Shown here: piece by piece, positions 40,536-40,564 of the stretch
Numbering within the stretch: the first letter of the stretch is position 1
Layout of the letters: each line of letters begins with the position of its first letter
Origin: a virus
Virus record (IMG/VR): IMGVR_UViG_3300033128_000024
Span: 1-40,564 of that record
DNA length: 40,564 nucleotides
Strand: one strand, 5' to 3'
Notes under the pieces: model-generated
Databases searched by the model: none
Told to the model about the DNA's origin: nothing
The model's input: only the letters and a program-made list of their open reading frames with translations
Position numbers and translations under genes: made by a program

Positions 40536-40564
40536 ATTTTGCCTTCTTAAAGGAGGTGATTAAC
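40536..40564. repeat. Terminal direct repeat, copy 2 (identical to 1-29)
   Basis: Exact 29-nt match to the window start. Confidence 0.95.

Larger units (their letters stand above)
1..40564. mobile_element. Complete temperate siphovirus genome (circular or circularly permuted assembly); the functional modules wrap across the window ends
   Basis: Full set of lysis, lysogeny, replication, packaging, head and tail modules. The tail fibre and XkdW/XkdX-like genes at the 3' end continue into holin/endolysin at the 5' end. There is a 29-nt exact terminal overlap. Confidence 0.9.

Noticed and set aside
1-40564. A search by eye for tRNA, rRNA or tmRNA genes, CRISPR arrays, transposase/IS elements, and reverse transcriptase or retron features.
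   Set aside because: None was recognised. The intergenic regions are short and are accounted for by promoters, terminators and the repeats described. A tRNAscan/Infernal run would be needed to exclude small RNAs formally.

Overview
The window is a complete, circularly closed genome of about 40.5 kb from a temperate Bacillus-type (Firmicutes) siphovirus. The first 29 nt are repeated exactly at the end, which indicates closure. Almost all genes are on the + strand.

Gene order:
- Holin and amidase lysis cassette (33-1313).
- AT-rich moron block (1471-3312).
- Large serine integrase (3471-4994).
- An arbitrium-like RRNPP receptor plus a 44-aa propeptide (5245-6502). These face a convergent XRE CI-like repressor, which has a divergent Cro-like gene.
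- Replication module: a replisome organiser with an internal iteron and A-tract origin candidate, and a DnaC-like loader.
- Many small early genes, including a PAPS-reductase-like enzyme and a dimeric dUTPase.
- Sigma-region-4-like and ArpU-like late regulators, plus a tyrosine recombinase that has only the catalytic domain.
- An AT-rich three-gene accessory island (17250-20076).
- HNH, cos region, terS and terL.
- HK97-type portal, protease and capsid.
- Tail module: a -1 frameshift chaperone, a 1481-aa tape measure with an SLT domain, Dit, Tal with glucosaminidase, a beta-helix spike and a BppU-like fibre.
- XkdW-like and XkdX-like genes that wrap around to the holin.

The best candidates for something undescribed are:
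1. The accessory island. Unrelated cargo genes sit between the same 39-nt upstream and 68-nt downstream repeats. One cargo is a membrane-anchored MazF/PemK-like toxin domain with no antitoxin gene. An AATGGCA motif follows four consecutive stop codons, starting at the tyrosine-recombinase-like gene.
2. The arbitrium-like locus. Its peptide C-terminus (DVRPGM) is non-canonical, and its output region runs antisense into the repressor gene.

All homology statements come from reading motifs by eye. No searches were run.
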